NCBI GenBank assembly: GCA_944320495.1
Contig: CALUHR010000005.1
Span: forward strand, 64,001-128,000
Length of the DNA: 64,000 nt
From: Candidatus Methanomethylophilaceae archaeon
GTDB lineage: Archaea; Thermoplasmatota; Thermoplasmata; Methanomassiliicoccales; Methanomethylophilaceae
Reading direction: 5' to 3'
In this document: positions 1 to 9,725 of the stretch, one piece after another
How positions within the stretch are numbered: position 1 is the first letter of the stretch
Layout: every line of letters begins with the position of its first letter
Program-made: the position numbers and the translations under genes
Notes under the pieces: model-generated
What the model was told of the DNA's origin: nothing
Databases searched by the model: none
Seen by the model: the letters and a program-made list of their open reading frames with translations, nothing else

Positions 1-103
1 CCCGGCCCATAGCCAGTACAGATGTTCGACGTTATACGAGGATTTCAGGACTCGTCGAATCTACAATCCTCGAACACGATTCATGATTAGGTAAATTTAT
101 ATA

Positions 104-120
104 TTGGATGATACATCCAA
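104..120. promoter_or_regulatory. 17-bp palindromic operator (perfect copy) abutting a TATA box
   Basis: TTGGATG-ATA-CATCCAA directly after TTTATATA (96-103) and 6 bp before ATG 127. Confidence 0.8.
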
Positions 121-126
121 CCAATA

Positions 127-549
127 ATGACAACAGTCGATGCAGCCAGAGAGCTTACCGAGGCGGAGATCGAGGAGATCTCCGAGAGCGACTACGTGTC
201 CAACGACCGCAGGGACCTCTATGCAGCGATTCGCGACATGAAAGCGGCGAAGATCCTCGCCTACGACAAAGCCATCAAGGAGGGCAGCGTCGACGCCGAT
301 GTCGGAAGACCCATCATATCGGTCCTGAAGACAGACATGATGATATTCGACCTGCTGGCCGTGACCGACCTGGAGGACAGGAAGGACACCTCCGCCACCC
401 TCGAAATGATCAGAAAGATGATCGTCAGCTCCCCCAGGCCCGAGCACCAGGAGGACTACTTCAAGACGCTGACGGACAACGAGGCATCGATGGAGTACAT
501 CTACTCCAAGACCCTCGAGAGGCTCCTGGAGATGGCCAAGGCAGCCTGA
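127..549 (+). CDS. Hypothetical acidic, helical protein (140 aa)
   Basis: Host-like codon bias, TATA box and operator upstream, hairpin downstream; no family recognised. Confidence 0.8.
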   Translation: MTTVDAARELTEAEIEEISESDYVSNDRRDLYAAIRDMKAAKILAYDKAIKEGSVDADVGRPIISVLKTDMMIFDLLAVTDLEDRKDTSATLEMIRKMIVSSPRPEHQEDYFKTLTDNEASMEYIYSKTLERLLEMAKAA

Positions 550-588
550 CAGTTTCAGTTTCCTCCTTTCCATCGTGGTGACACCACG

Positions 589-620
589 GGAGGGGGCCGT
601 CTGACAGAACGGCCCCCTCC
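589..620. terminator. GC-rich hairpin between convergent genes
   Basis: GGAGGGGGCCGT-ctgacaga-ACGGCCCCCTCC. Confidence 0.6.
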
Positions 621-677
621 TACACCGGATCCCCCGGACCCGGCATCTTCCCCATCCTTCTGCTTCTCGGACCGGAA

Positions 678-2573
678 TCATCCGATGACGGACCGGACGC
701 TGTCTGCCAGCCTGTCGGCGTTCAGATCCTCGAGCCTGAAGTACGTACCCTCGAGCTCCTCGGCGAGGCGCTCTGCGTTGTCGAACCTTATGTAGCCGGT
801 ACTGGCGTCGACGACTATCCACCTGACCTGCGGGATCCTGAGGTCCGCGGCCAGCTCCCTCGACTCCTCATTCGCGTCGGCCCCCTCGCGCAGGGGGACG
901 TTGGCGCGTCCGTCGGTGATGAGTACGATGTAGCACGATTCGCCGGGATGCGACCTCGAATACGAGGTCATGAACTCGCCGACGGTGACGAGGGCCTGCC
1001 CCAGGGGCGTCTTCCCGCCCGTGGGGAGCTCCTCCAGCTTGCGGTAGCTGTACTCGACCGACCTGGTCGGCGGGAGCACCAGCTCGGCCGAGTCCCTGCG
1101 GAACGCCATCATCCCTATGCGGTCCCTCTTGACGTAGCTGTCGCGGAGCATCGACAGCACCGCGCCCTTGACTGCTGCCATCCTCCTGCGCACCCCGAGC
1201 GAGCCGCTGGCGTCCACCAGGAACAGTATGGTGCAGCCGGAGCGGCGCTCCCTGACCTTGCGCCTGATGTCCTGCTTCTCGATGGATACTGCGAGGCCGC
1301 CGTGCCGCCTCCCCTTCTGATAAGGCGCGGCGGCGCGGATGGTGGCGTCGAACGCCACGTCGGATACGCGGCCCTCCGGGATCCTGGAGCGGGCGTACCT
1401 GCCCGTGGAATCGCTGCTCTCGGCCATGGCGCGCCTGCCCTTGCGGCTCGACGTGGTGCGTATCATCCTCCGGCCGTCCTGGAGATAGTCTATGACCCTG
1501 AACTGCTCCCCGATCTCGAACATCATCTCGTCGAGCATGTCCCGCAGATCCTGGGGGAGGTCGGGGGGCTCGCCCTCAGGGGGCTCCGGAGGTTCAGAGG
1601 AGTCGTCGCGATCGTCCTGACGGTCGTCCTGCGGCTGCTCCGGCGGCTCCCGGTCCGGCTCCCCCTCCTGGTCCTGCGCCTCCTGCTGCTGGGGCGGCTC
1701 GGGTGGCGGTGGCGGCTGCGAATAGTTCCTGCGGTGGGCCAGGCAGATCATCGCCGCCTCCTCCACGTCCTTCCGCAGAACCTCGTCCCTGCCGTTGAGA
1801 GCGGCGAGCGCGGAGGCGGTCTCAGCCATGGCGATGTCCCCGCGGAACCCGTCGGCCGACACCCTGGCGGCCAGTTCCACGGCGACCCCGAGCAGGTCGT
1901 CCGATATTGTCACCAGCGGGAGGATCCTCTTCGCGCGGTCGATGCCGGCGCGGAGCTCGGACTCCTCGTCCGCGTACATGGCGGCGAACCCCTCCGGATC
2001 ATCGGCGAAGGCCGAGTTCCTGCGGAGGATCTCCTCCCTCCCGCGGACGTCGTCCTGCGGGAAATCGGAATAGGCGCAGAGGTCGAACCTGTCCAGCAGA
2101 TGGGGGCTGACGTCCGTGTCCTGGGGGTTCATGGTGGCGATCATCAGCGTGTCGCAGGCGTACTCCCCCGAGACGCCCTCCCTCTCGACCACCACGCGGC
2201 CGGTGGCGACGCAGTCCAGGAGCGAAGCGAGCATGCGCTGGTCCATGAGGTTCGCGTCGTCCACGTAGAGTATGTTGCCGTCGGCCTCCGACAGGAGGCC
2301 TCTCTGCATGACGGCGCGGCCCTCCCTGATGGTGGCCTCGGCGTCCATCCCGCCGAAGAGCATCTCCTCGGTGACGTTCAGCGGGACGTTGACCACGCGC
2401 CTGCCCGTCAGGTCGCCGGCCGCCCTGGAGAGGACTGTCTTGGCGGACCCGGGTCCGCCGCGTATCAGCACGGTGCGGATGCGGGGGCAGACGGCGGCGC
2501 ACATTATCGCGCGCTTGGAATCGTCCATGCCGAAGACGGCAGAGAACGGGAAGCTCAGATTCCCTTGAGGCAT
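678..2573 (-). CDS. chlD: Mg/Co-chelatase subunit D-like (AAA+ domain, Pro/acidic linker, VWA domain)
   Basis: Degenerate AAA module (GGPGSAKT, LLDRFD), PPPPPEPP linker, MIDAS motif DASGS, GGKTPL, ITDGRAN. Confidence 0.9.
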   Translation of the reverse strand: MPQGNLSFPFSAVFGMDDSKRAIMCAAVCPRIRTVLIRGGPGSAKTVLSRAAGDLTGRRVVNVPLNVTEEMLFGGMDAEATIREGRAVMQRGLLSEADGNILYVDDANLMDQRMLASLLDCVATGRVVVEREGVSGEYACDTLMIATMNPQDTDVSPHLLDRFDLCAYSDFPQDDVRGREEILRRNSAFADDPEGFAAMYADEESELRAGIDRAKRILPLVTISDDLLGVAVELAARVSADGFRGDIAMAETASALAALNGRDEVLRKDVEEAAMICLAHRRNYSQPPPPPEPPQQQEAQDQEGEPDREPPEQPQDDRQDDRDDSSEPPEPPEGEPPDLPQDLRDMLDEMMFEIGEQFRVIDYLQDGRRMIRTTSSRKGRRAMAESSDSTGRYARSRIPEGRVSDVAFDATIRAAAPYQKGRRHGGLAVSIEKQDIRRKVRERRSGCTILFLVDASGSLGVRRRMAAVKGAVLSMLRDSYVKRDRIGMMAFRRDSAELVLPPTRSVEYSYRKLEELPTGGKTPLGQALVTVGEFMTSYSRSHPGESCYIVLITDGRANVPLREGADANEESRELAADLRIPQVRWIVVDASTGYIRFDNAERLAEELEGTYFRLEDLNADRLADSVRSVIG

Positions 2574-3580
2574 GTCTCCAGCTCCTCGGGGTCGAAGGCC
2601 TCCTCCTCGAACGGCCTGCGCCTCATGCGGTGCGAGAGGACCGGGGTCGCCACGGCCCGGATGTCGTCCGCGATGACGGCAGGACGGCCCTCGAGGGCGG
2701 CGTTGGCCCTGGCGGCCTTGAGCATGGTGATGTCCGCGCGGTGCCCGTCGACGCCGAAGTGCGTGGTGATGTTCACGACAGCCTCAAGGACAGGGTCCGG
2801 TATCGAGACCTTGGACAGGGCGGCCCTGGCGTCGGAGATCCTGCGGCGCATGGATTCCGTCTCCTCCCTCAAGGATGCCGTGTACCCCTCCGGGTCGGAG
2901 TCGAAGGCGAGCCTTCTGCGGACGACCTCCATCCTCTTGGCGGTGTCCCTGTCCCCGCGCACGTCCACAGACAGGCCGAACCTGTCCAGGAGCTGGGGCC
3001 TGAGCTCGCCCTCCTCCGGGTTCATGGTGCCGACCAGGACGAACCTCGACGGATGCGAGAACGACACGCCCTCCCTCTCCACGTAGTTCACGCCCATGGC
3101 GGCGGAATCCAGCAGGGGGTCGACAATGTGGTCGTCCAGAAGATTGACCTCGTCCACGTAGAGCAGGTTGCCGTTGGCCTGCGCCAGGACGCCTGGCTCG
3201 AACCTCTTCTCGCCGGTCTTGAGGACGTGCTCTATGTCCAGCGTCCCGGACACGCGGTCCTCGGTGGCGCTGAGCGGGAGCTCGACGACCCTCATCGGGA
3301 CCTCCTCCGAGGGGAGCGGGCCCTCGGAAGCGAATCTCTCCGCGCAGTAGGGGCAGAGCCTGTCGGTCCTCGACGGATCGCATCCGAAAGGGCATCCCGG
3401 CACGGCGGTCCTAGACGGGAGGATCTGGGACAGCGACCTGACCGTGGTCGATTTGGCGGTGCCCTTCTCCCCCTTGATGAGGGCCCCGCCGATGCCCGGG
3501 TCGACGATGTTGAGGAGCAGGGCCCTCTTCATGTCCTCCTGGCCGACAATCGAAACGAAAGGGAATAGCAGCTTATCCAT
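2555..3580 (-). CDS. chlI: Mg/Co-chelatase subunit I-like AAA+ ATPase
   Basis: FPFVSIVGQEDMK, GEKGTAKST, LYVDEVNLL, GELRPQLLDRFG; start taken at ATG 3580 (MDKLLFPF). Confidence 0.9.
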   Translation of the reverse strand: MDKLLFPFVSIVGQEDMKRALLLNIVDPGIGGALIKGEKGTAKSTTVRSLSQILPSRTAVPGCPFGCDPSRTDRLCPYCAERFASEGPLPSEEVPMRVVELPLSATEDRVSGTLDIEHVLKTGEKRFEPGVLAQANGNLLYVDEVNLLDDHIVDPLLDSAAMGVNYVEREGVSFSHPSRFVLVGTMNPEEGELRPQLLDRFGLSVDVRGDRDTAKRMEVVRRRLAFDSDPEGYTASLREETESMRRRISDARAALSKVSIPDPVLEAVVNITTHFGVDGHRADITMLKAARANAALEGRPAVIADDIRAVATPVLSHRMRRRPFEEEAFDPEELETCLKGI

Positions 3581-3593
3581 GGGTCTCACTAAG

Positions 3594-3610
3594 TTGGATG
3601 ATATATCCAT
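3594..3610. promoter_or_regulatory. 17-bp operator upstream of chlI
   Basis: TTGGATGATATATCCAT; minus-strand TATA TTTATATC at 3617-3624. Confidence 0.75.
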
Positions 3611-3746
3611 CTATTTGATATAAACCAGACGTATGGATTATTATTGACATATTCCAGAATGTCCCCCGAGAGGATTGGAACAATCATTCAAAATCAGAGC
3701 CAGCATATCCAGAATCACAATCGCGAGAGGGTAGGATTTATATCAA

Positions 3747-3763
3747 TCGGATAATACATCCAA
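3747..3763. promoter_or_regulatory. 17-bp operator upstream of cobN
   Basis: TCGGATAATACATCCAA between TATA TTTATATC (3737-3744) and ATG 3765. Confidence 0.75.
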
Positions 3764-3764
3764 T

Positions 3765-6700
3765 ATGCCCCTCAGAATAGTCTATGTCACGATACAGAGC
3801 GTCGATGCATCCTTATTCCGCGAACCGGCGGAGGAGGTGTGCCGTGAGAACGGCTGGGATCTGGACCTGTTCTGCGCGAACGATTCCGACGTAGACGAGG
3901 ACCCGCTGCTGTACCACGAACTGTCACTCAGGACGAAGACGGCCGACCTCGTGCTGGTGAGGGTCATGGCCGATCCGACGAGGATGCGCCGCTTCGAGCA
4001 GTGGGAGAAGGTACTGAGGGAGTGCCCCGGGTACGTGCACGTGTACTCCGGGAACCTGGAGGTCTCCCTGGTCTACCGCGACCTGTTCAAGGGCGACGAC
4101 AGGGAGTACATGAGGCTCCGCGAGTTCGTGAGAGGACGCGGGGCGGAGAACGACCGCGCCATCGTGCAGTGGGTGCACCATGCGGTCACCGGCGAGGGGG
4201 ACGTGCCGGACCCGGTGGAGCATCGCCCCAACGGCATCTACCACCCGGACTTCGATAGGGACGTTACGCTGGACGAGTATCTGGCACATCTGGACCCCTC
4301 CAAGCCCACCATCGGCCTGATGTTCACCGCCAACCTCTGGATCTACGGGAACCTGGAGCACATCGACGCGTTCATCCGCGAGACGGAGTCCCAGGGCATG
4401 AACATCATCCCGGTTTTCTTCTCGTCGGTGGCCAGCAGGACCGACGGGAACGAGGGGAGCGTCGCCATCGTCCGCGAGTACTTCACCGAGGGCGGGAGGG
4501 GCAGGGTGGACGCCCTCGTCATGGCGACCCCGTTCTCCCAGCTCAACAACTCCAGGGACTGCTCCGGCGTCTACACGCCGGACTGGCAGAACTACTTCCA
4601 CACGCTCACCGACGTGCCCGTGTTCCAGGCGATGTCCGTGTCCGCGCACTTCGCCGACTACGAGGAGAGCGCCGAGGGGCTATCCAAGGGCGACTTCGGC
4701 ATGAACGTCATCTGGCCCGAGGTGGACGGGCAGATAATCACCGTGCCCTTCGCCAGCAACGAGAGGGGCAGGGGCGGACCGAAGGTCTACACACCGCTCC
4801 CGGACAGGATAAGACGCCTCGTGTCCACCGTCGGCGCCTGGGCGAGGCTCAGGCACAAGCCCGCATCCGAGAGGAGGATAGCCATCCTGATGTACCAGTC
4901 CAGGCCGGACTCCGGTAGGATCGGAGGGGCCGCAGGCCTTGACACGATGCAGAGCATCAGGGACATGCTCGAGCGCATGTCGTCGCTCGGCTACACGGTG
5001 TACCACGTCCCGGAGACCTCCAGGGCTCTGACCGACGAGATCCTCGACAACATCACCAACGACCTGGAGTGGTCGTCGGAGGAGAGGGTCCGCGAGAAGG
5101 CCGCCGCCATGGTGCCCATGTCCGACTACGAGCCGGAGTACGGGAGGTTATCCGAGTTCAACCGCAGGCGCATGGAGGAGAGCTGGGGGAAGGCCCCCGG
5201 CACCGTTTCCGTCCAGGACGGCAGGTTCGTCATCCCCGGGATCGTCAACGGGAACGTCTACATCGGCTACCAGCCCCTGAGGTCCTGGGCCGACCAGATG
5301 GAGTCCGTCTACCACGACCCGGTGGTGCCGATGCCCCACCAGTACCTGGCGTTCTACCGCTGGCTCAAGTACGTGTTCAAGGCGGACGCCGTGGTGCATG
5401 TGGGCACACACGGGACGCTGGAATGGCTCCCGGGCAGGAGCCTGGGACTGTCGGGGAAGTGCTTCCCGGACCTGGTCCTGGACTCGATCCCCAACATCTA
5501 CCCCTATGTGATCGACGACCCCGGCGAGGGGATACAGTGCAAGCGCAGGTCCGAGGCGGTGCTCATAGGGCACATGTGCCCCACGATGGCCCGCGCCGGT
5601 TCGTATGAGACGCTGGAGGCGGTCGACGGTCCGCTCCAGGAGGTCTTCAAGAACACCGCCGCCAAGGGCGAGCAGAGGAGGGCGATGGTGTCCGAGGTCC
5701 TGGACGCCGCCAGGGAGGCGGACCTGCTGAGGGAGCTCGGGATACCCGACGGCATATCGCCGGAGGACTTCGAGGGCGAGCTTGGCAGGATCCACGACTA
5801 CATCACGGACATCAAGGACACGATAATCCGCGACGGGCTGCACGTGCTCGGCAGGGCCCCGGAGGGGGAGCTGCTGACGGAGAGCGTCTACTCGCTCACC
5901 CGCGTCAGGAACGGCGACGTGCCGTCGCTCCGCTCCGCCGTGGCGTCAGCCATGGGCTTCGACCTTGACGCCCTGCTGGACGACAGCTCCGACATGACGG
6001 ACGGGGAGCTGAACAGCGTCATCCTGGACAGGGTCGATGACAGGGTCATGTCGCTCATCGCCGACATGCAGGCGGCGGGATACGCGAAGGATGGGTGCCT
6101 CGCCCTGGCCGCGGATGTCGGCGATTCGGACGGCCTGACGAAGGCCGTCGTGTACATCTGCGACACCCTGGTGCCGAACCTCGCCCGCATGACGGACGAG
6201 ATGGGGAACATGATGCACGCCTTCGAGGGCGGATACGTTCTCCCGGGGCCGTCCGGCGCGCCGACCCGCGGGAACGCGGACATCCTGCCGATGGGGAGGA
6301 ACTTCTACGGCATCGACCCGGACATCGTCCCCACGAAGGCGGCCTGGGAGATCGGCCGGCGCATGGCGGACCAGATGGTGGAGCGCTACACGAGGGAGAG
6401 GGGATCCTACCCCACGGAGGTGGGATTCATCATCTGGGCCACGGACACCATGAAGACCAACGGCGACGACGTGGCCTACATCCTGTGGCTCATGGGCGTG
6501 AGGCCCGTGTGGTCCTCCAACGGCGGGCAGGTCGTCGGCCTGGAGCCGGTGCCTCTTGAGGAGCTCGGCCGCCCCAGGATAGACGTGACCGTGAGGATAA
6601 CGGGACTGTTCAGGGACGCGTTCCCCAACCTCATCGACCTCATCGACGATGCCGTCCAGCTCATCGCCGGATTGGACGAGGGCGACGAGGACAACGCCCT

Positions 6701-7505
6701 CGCCGCCAACCTCAGGAGGGACATAGTGGACGGGATGGCCGACGGCCTGACGGTGGACGAGGCGCGGAGGCGCGCATCGGCCCGCGTGTTCGGCTGCCCT
6801 CCCGGGGCGTACGGCCCCGGCGTGAACCATGCGATCGAGACGAGCGACTGGGAGACGGTGAGGGACCTGGCGGACATCTACATCACCTGGGGCAGCTGCG
6901 CATACGGGCGCGGGCTGCACGGCGAGAGCATGAGGGACGAGTTCGTCCGGAGGTTCTCGAAGGTGCAGGCCACGGTGAAGAACATGCCCGACAGGGAGAT
7001 CGACCTGCTGGACATCGACGACGTCTACGGCTACCTCGGGGGCATGAACTCCTTCGTCCGCGCCTACGGGAACAAGGACGCGTTGTCGTTCATGGGCGAC
7101 GGCTCGAACCCGGACAGGGTGCGCGTGAGGGACACAAAGGAGGAGCTCCAATTCGTCTACAGGAGCAAGATCCTCAACCCGAAGTTCGTGGACGGGCTGA
7201 AGCGCCATGGGTACCGCGGCGTGGCGGAGGTGGCGAACCTCACCGAGTACACCTTCGGATGGGACGCCACGTCGGACATCGTGGACGACTGGATGTACGA
7301 GAGGCTGGCCGACACGTACCTCTTCGACGAGGACACCCGCGATTGGATGGAGGACGAGAACCCCCATGCCATGGCCGACATGATGGACCGCCTGTTCGAG
7401 GCGATAGACCGCGGGATGTGGGACGTTAAGCCGGAGACCCTTGAAAAGCTCAAAGAGGTCTACTTGGAGCTGGAGGAAAGGATCGAGGAGGTCCAGGACA
7501 GGTGA
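3765..7505 (+). CDS. cobN: CobN/ChlH-family chelatase large subunit
   Basis: 1246 aa; HVGTHGTLEWLPG, LPMGRNFYG, IWATDTMKT, FGWDAT motifs. Confidence 0.95.
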   Translation: MPLRIVYVTIQSVDASLFREPAEEVCRENGWDLDLFCANDSDVDEDPLLYHELSLRTKTADLVLVRVMADPTRMRRFEQWEKVLRECPGYVHVYSGNLEVSLVYRDLFKGDDREYMRLREFVRGRGAENDRAIVQWVHHAVTGEGDVPDPVEHRPNGIYHPDFDRDVTLDEYLAHLDPSKPTIGLMFTANLWIYGNLEHIDAFIRETESQGMNIIPVFFSSVASRTDGNEGSVAIVREYFTEGGRGRVDALVMATPFSQLNNSRDCSGVYTPDWQNYFHTLTDVPVFQAMSVSAHFADYEESAEGLSKGDFGMNVIWPEVDGQIITVPFASNERGRGGPKVYTPLPDRIRRLVSTVGAWARLRHKPASERRIAILMYQSRPDSGRIGGAAGLDTMQSIRDMLERMSSLGYTVYHVPETSRALTDEILDNITNDLEWSSEERVREKAAAMVPMSDYEPEYGRLSEFNRRRMEESWGKAPGTVSVQDGRFVIPGIVNGNVYIGYQPLRSWADQMESVYHDPVVPMPHQYLAFYRWLKYVFKADAVVHVGTHGTLEWLPGRSLGLSGKCFPDLVLDSIPNIYPYVIDDPGEGIQCKRRSEAVLIGHMCPTMARAGSYETLEAVDGPLQEVFKNTAAKGEQRRAMVSEVLDAAREADLLRELGIPDGISPEDFEGELGRIHDYITDIKDTIIRDGLHVLGRAPEGELLTESVYSLTRVRNGDVPSLRSAVASAMGFDLDALLDDSSDMTDGELNSVILDRVDDRVMSLIADMQAAGYAKDGCLALAADVGDSDGLTKAVVYICDTLVPNLARMTDEMGNMMHAFEGGYVLPGPSGAPTRGNADILPMGRNFYGIDPDIVPTKAAWEIGRRMADQMVERYTRERGSYPTEVGFIIWATDTMKTNGDDVAYILWLMGVRPVWSSNGGQVVGLEPVPLEELGRPRIDVTVRITGLFRDAFPNLIDLIDDAVQLIAGLDEGDEDNALAANLRRDIVDGMADGLTVDEARRRASARVFGCPPGAYGPGVNHAIETSDWETVRDLADIYITWGSCAYGRGLHGESMRDEFVRRFSKVQATVKNMPDREIDLLDIDDVYGYLGGMNSFVRAYGNKDALSFMGDGSNPDRVRVRDTKEELQFVYRSKILNPKFVDGLKRHGYRGVAEVANLTEYTFGWDATSDIVDDWMYERLADTYLFDEDTRDWMEDENPHAMADMMDRLFEAIDRGMWDVKPETLEKLKEVYLELEERIEEVQDR

Positions 7506-7528
7506 GCCCCCGGGTCCCGCCGGCCGGA

Positions 7529-8596
7529 TCACATCCAGGCGCTCTTACGCTGCCTGACGAGGATCCAGATGAAGAGCGGGCCGCCGATCATCGAGCAGAT
7601 CACTCCTACGGGCAGCCCGTTGGGCCCGCTCACCTTGGCCACGGTATCGGCGAGTATCACGAACGCCGCCCCGAAGGCCGCCGACGCGGGGATGAGATAG
7701 CGGTTGTTCGATCCCACGAATATCCTGGCCACGTGCGGGCCCACGAGGCCGATGAATCCAATCGTGCCTGTGAAGCATATCAGGACGGCGGTCATGATCG
7801 AGACCAGCACGAGAGTCGAGACGCGGATGTTCTCCGCATTCTCCCCGAAGGTCTGGGCAGCCCTGTCTCCGGCGTACATCACATTGAGCTTGCTGGATGA
7901 GAACCAGAGGATGACCGTGATCAGCAAGGTGACGACCAGCATCACGGGGATGTATTCCCACTGCATGCTGCTCAGGGATCCGACCCTCCATTCGTATGCA
8001 TCCGCCATCGTCTCGGACGGCGCGGTGACCATCATGATCTGCGTGATGGAGCTGAACAGGAACATGACAGCGATCCCTGTGAGGATCATGGCGGTTGGAG
8101 TCAGCCTACGATACTTCGCCACCAGAACGATGATGGCTGTCGGAATCAACGAACATATGAACGAATTCACGACTGTCGTAGCGGTTCCGCTGATGAACGG
8201 GACGATGGAGATCCCCAGGATTATGTTAAGGGTCGCACCCAGGAACGCTCCAGAAGATATCCCCATCGTGTACGGCTCCGCCAGGGGGTTCTTGAAATCA
8301 TTCTGCATGATCGCTCCGGCCACCGACAGCCCCGCACCGATGAGCAGAGCCCCCAGCGCCCTGGGGACACGGACATCCCAGACGTAGTAGTCATCGCTCG
8401 GATCCACGGGGTTGCCCGCAAGATGGTCGAAGAAGGTGCCCACCGCATCCGATATTCCGATCCTGTAAACCCCGAAACCCAGCGTCAGGAAGAACGCCCC
8501 TGCGGCAAGCAGTATGAAAGCCAGTATGAACAGGACCTTCCTCCTGTTCATCGCCCTGTACTCCTCGCGGAATTCCTCGTTGGTCTCCTCGATCAA
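7529..8596 (-). CDS. FecCD/BtuC-family ABC permease
   Basis: KNPLAEPYTMGISSGA, GTIGFIGLVGPH, LPVGVI; TTG start overlaps upstream stop (TTGA). Confidence 0.85.
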   Translation of the reverse strand: MIEETNEEFREEYRAMNRRKVLFILAFILLAAGAFFLTLGFGVYRIGISDAVGTFFDHLAGNPVDPSDDYYVWDVRVPRALGALLIGAGLSVAGAIMQNDFKNPLAEPYTMGISSGAFLGATLNIILGISIVPFISGTATTVVNSFICSLIPTAIIVLVAKYRRLTPTAMILTGIAVMFLFSSITQIMMVTAPSETMADAYEWRVGSLSSMQWEYIPVMLVVTLLITVILWFSSSKLNVMYAGDRAAQTFGENAENIRVSTLVLVSIMTAVLICFTGTIGFIGLVGPHVARIFVGSNNRYLIPASAAFGAAFVILADTVAKVSGPNGLPVGVICSMIGGPLFIWILVRQRKSAWM

Positions 8597-9684
8597 TATA
8601 TCGCCCCCGCCTTTTTCGTCTGCCACAGGATGATCAGGAAGAACACCGGGCTCCCAATGACGCTCATCACCACACCTACGGGTATGTCCGAGAACTGGAA
8701 CGCGATGTAATCCGCGGCCAGGAGCAGCAACGCCCCGGCAGCCATGGATATGGGTGCGACGAACCTGTTGTCGGACCCTATCACCAGCCTGACCATGTGC
8801 GGAGCCACCAATCCGATGAATCCGATGATCCCCGTGAACGACACGATGGCGGCCGTCATCACCGCCATCAGAACCAGACAGAACAGACGGAACTTCTCGA
8901 CGTCCACCCCGAGACTGATGGCACTGTTCTCCCCAAGGGACATGACGTTCAACTTGGATGAGAGGAGCATCACTATCACGGAGCCTGCGACCGTCACGAC
9001 GACCATTATCGGAAGCGAATCCCACGACATCCCGTCGAGACTGCCGACCTGCCACATGTAGGCGCTCTGCAGCGTATCGGCGTCCGTGGTGACCATCAGG
9101 TACGTGATCATCGAGTTGAAGAAGTAGGAGATCGCGGTTCCCAGGAGGATCAGGGTGGCCGGGGTCATGTGGATGCGCTGGGCCAGGAACACTATCAGCA
9201 GTGCCGGCACCATCGCTCCGATGAATGCATTGGTCACTATCCCCATCTCGCCGGTCACCGACGAGAACGATATCCCCACGACTATGGCGCAAATCGCCCC
9301 GAAGCAGGCTCCCGAAGATATCCCCGTGCTGTAGGGATCCGCGAGCGGGTTCACCATCATGGACTGCATCATGGTGCCACAGATCGCCAGGGCGGCTCCG
9401 GCCACTATCGCCGCGAGGGCATGTGGGAATGCCGTGTTCCAGATGTAGCGGTCCGCCCACCAGAACAGGGACTTGGAAGGGTACTCGTTGCCGAGTATGT
9501 GGTTCCAGATGATCTCGTAGGTCTCCTTCAGACCCACACCCTCGTAATTCGATAGGGAGAGCAACCCTACGAAGAGGACTATCCCCAGTACGCAGACTGT
9601 CAGAAGGATGATCTTCCGGGCGATGGCATGATGGTACTCCTCCTTCAGCCCGTCTCTTGTGAGCTCCTCCTCTTCGTATTCCAT
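8593..9684 (-). CDS. FecCD/BtuC-family ABC permease
   Basis: NPLADPYSTGISSGA, GIIGFIGLVAPH, IPVGVV. Confidence 0.9.
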   Translation of the reverse strand: MEYEEEELTRDGLKEEYHHAIARKIILLTVCVLGIVLFVGLLSLSNYEGVGLKETYEIIWNHILGNEYPSKSLFWWADRYIWNTAFPHALAAIVAGAALAICGTMMQSMMVNPLADPYSTGISSGACFGAICAIVVGISFSSVTGEMGIVTNAFIGAMVPALLIVFLAQRIHMTPATLILLGTAISYFFNSMITYLMVTTDADTLQSAYMWQVGSLDGMSWDSLPIMVVVTVAGSVIVMLLSSKLNVMSLGENSAISLGVDVEKFRLFCLVLMAVMTAAIVSFTGIIGFIGLVAPHMVRLVIGSDNRFVAPISMAAGALLLLAADYIAFQFSDIPVGVVMSVIGSPVFFLIILWQTKKAGAIY

Positions 9685-9699
9685 GGTATCTCTGGGAAT

Positions 9700-9719
9700 C
9701 GGGGGGATGGGACCCCCCG
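9700..9719 (-). other. Intercistronic hairpin after the binding-protein gene
   Basis: CGGGGGG-atggga-CCCCCCG; similar hairpin at 29174-29188 behind the paralogous SBP. Confidence 0.45.
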
Positions 9720-9725
9720 GTTTGT

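Noticed and set aside
3675-3691. Extra operator copy TTGGAACAATCATTCAA
   Set aside because: Only 12/17 match in AT-rich DNA; may be a weak auxiliary site but is unsupported.
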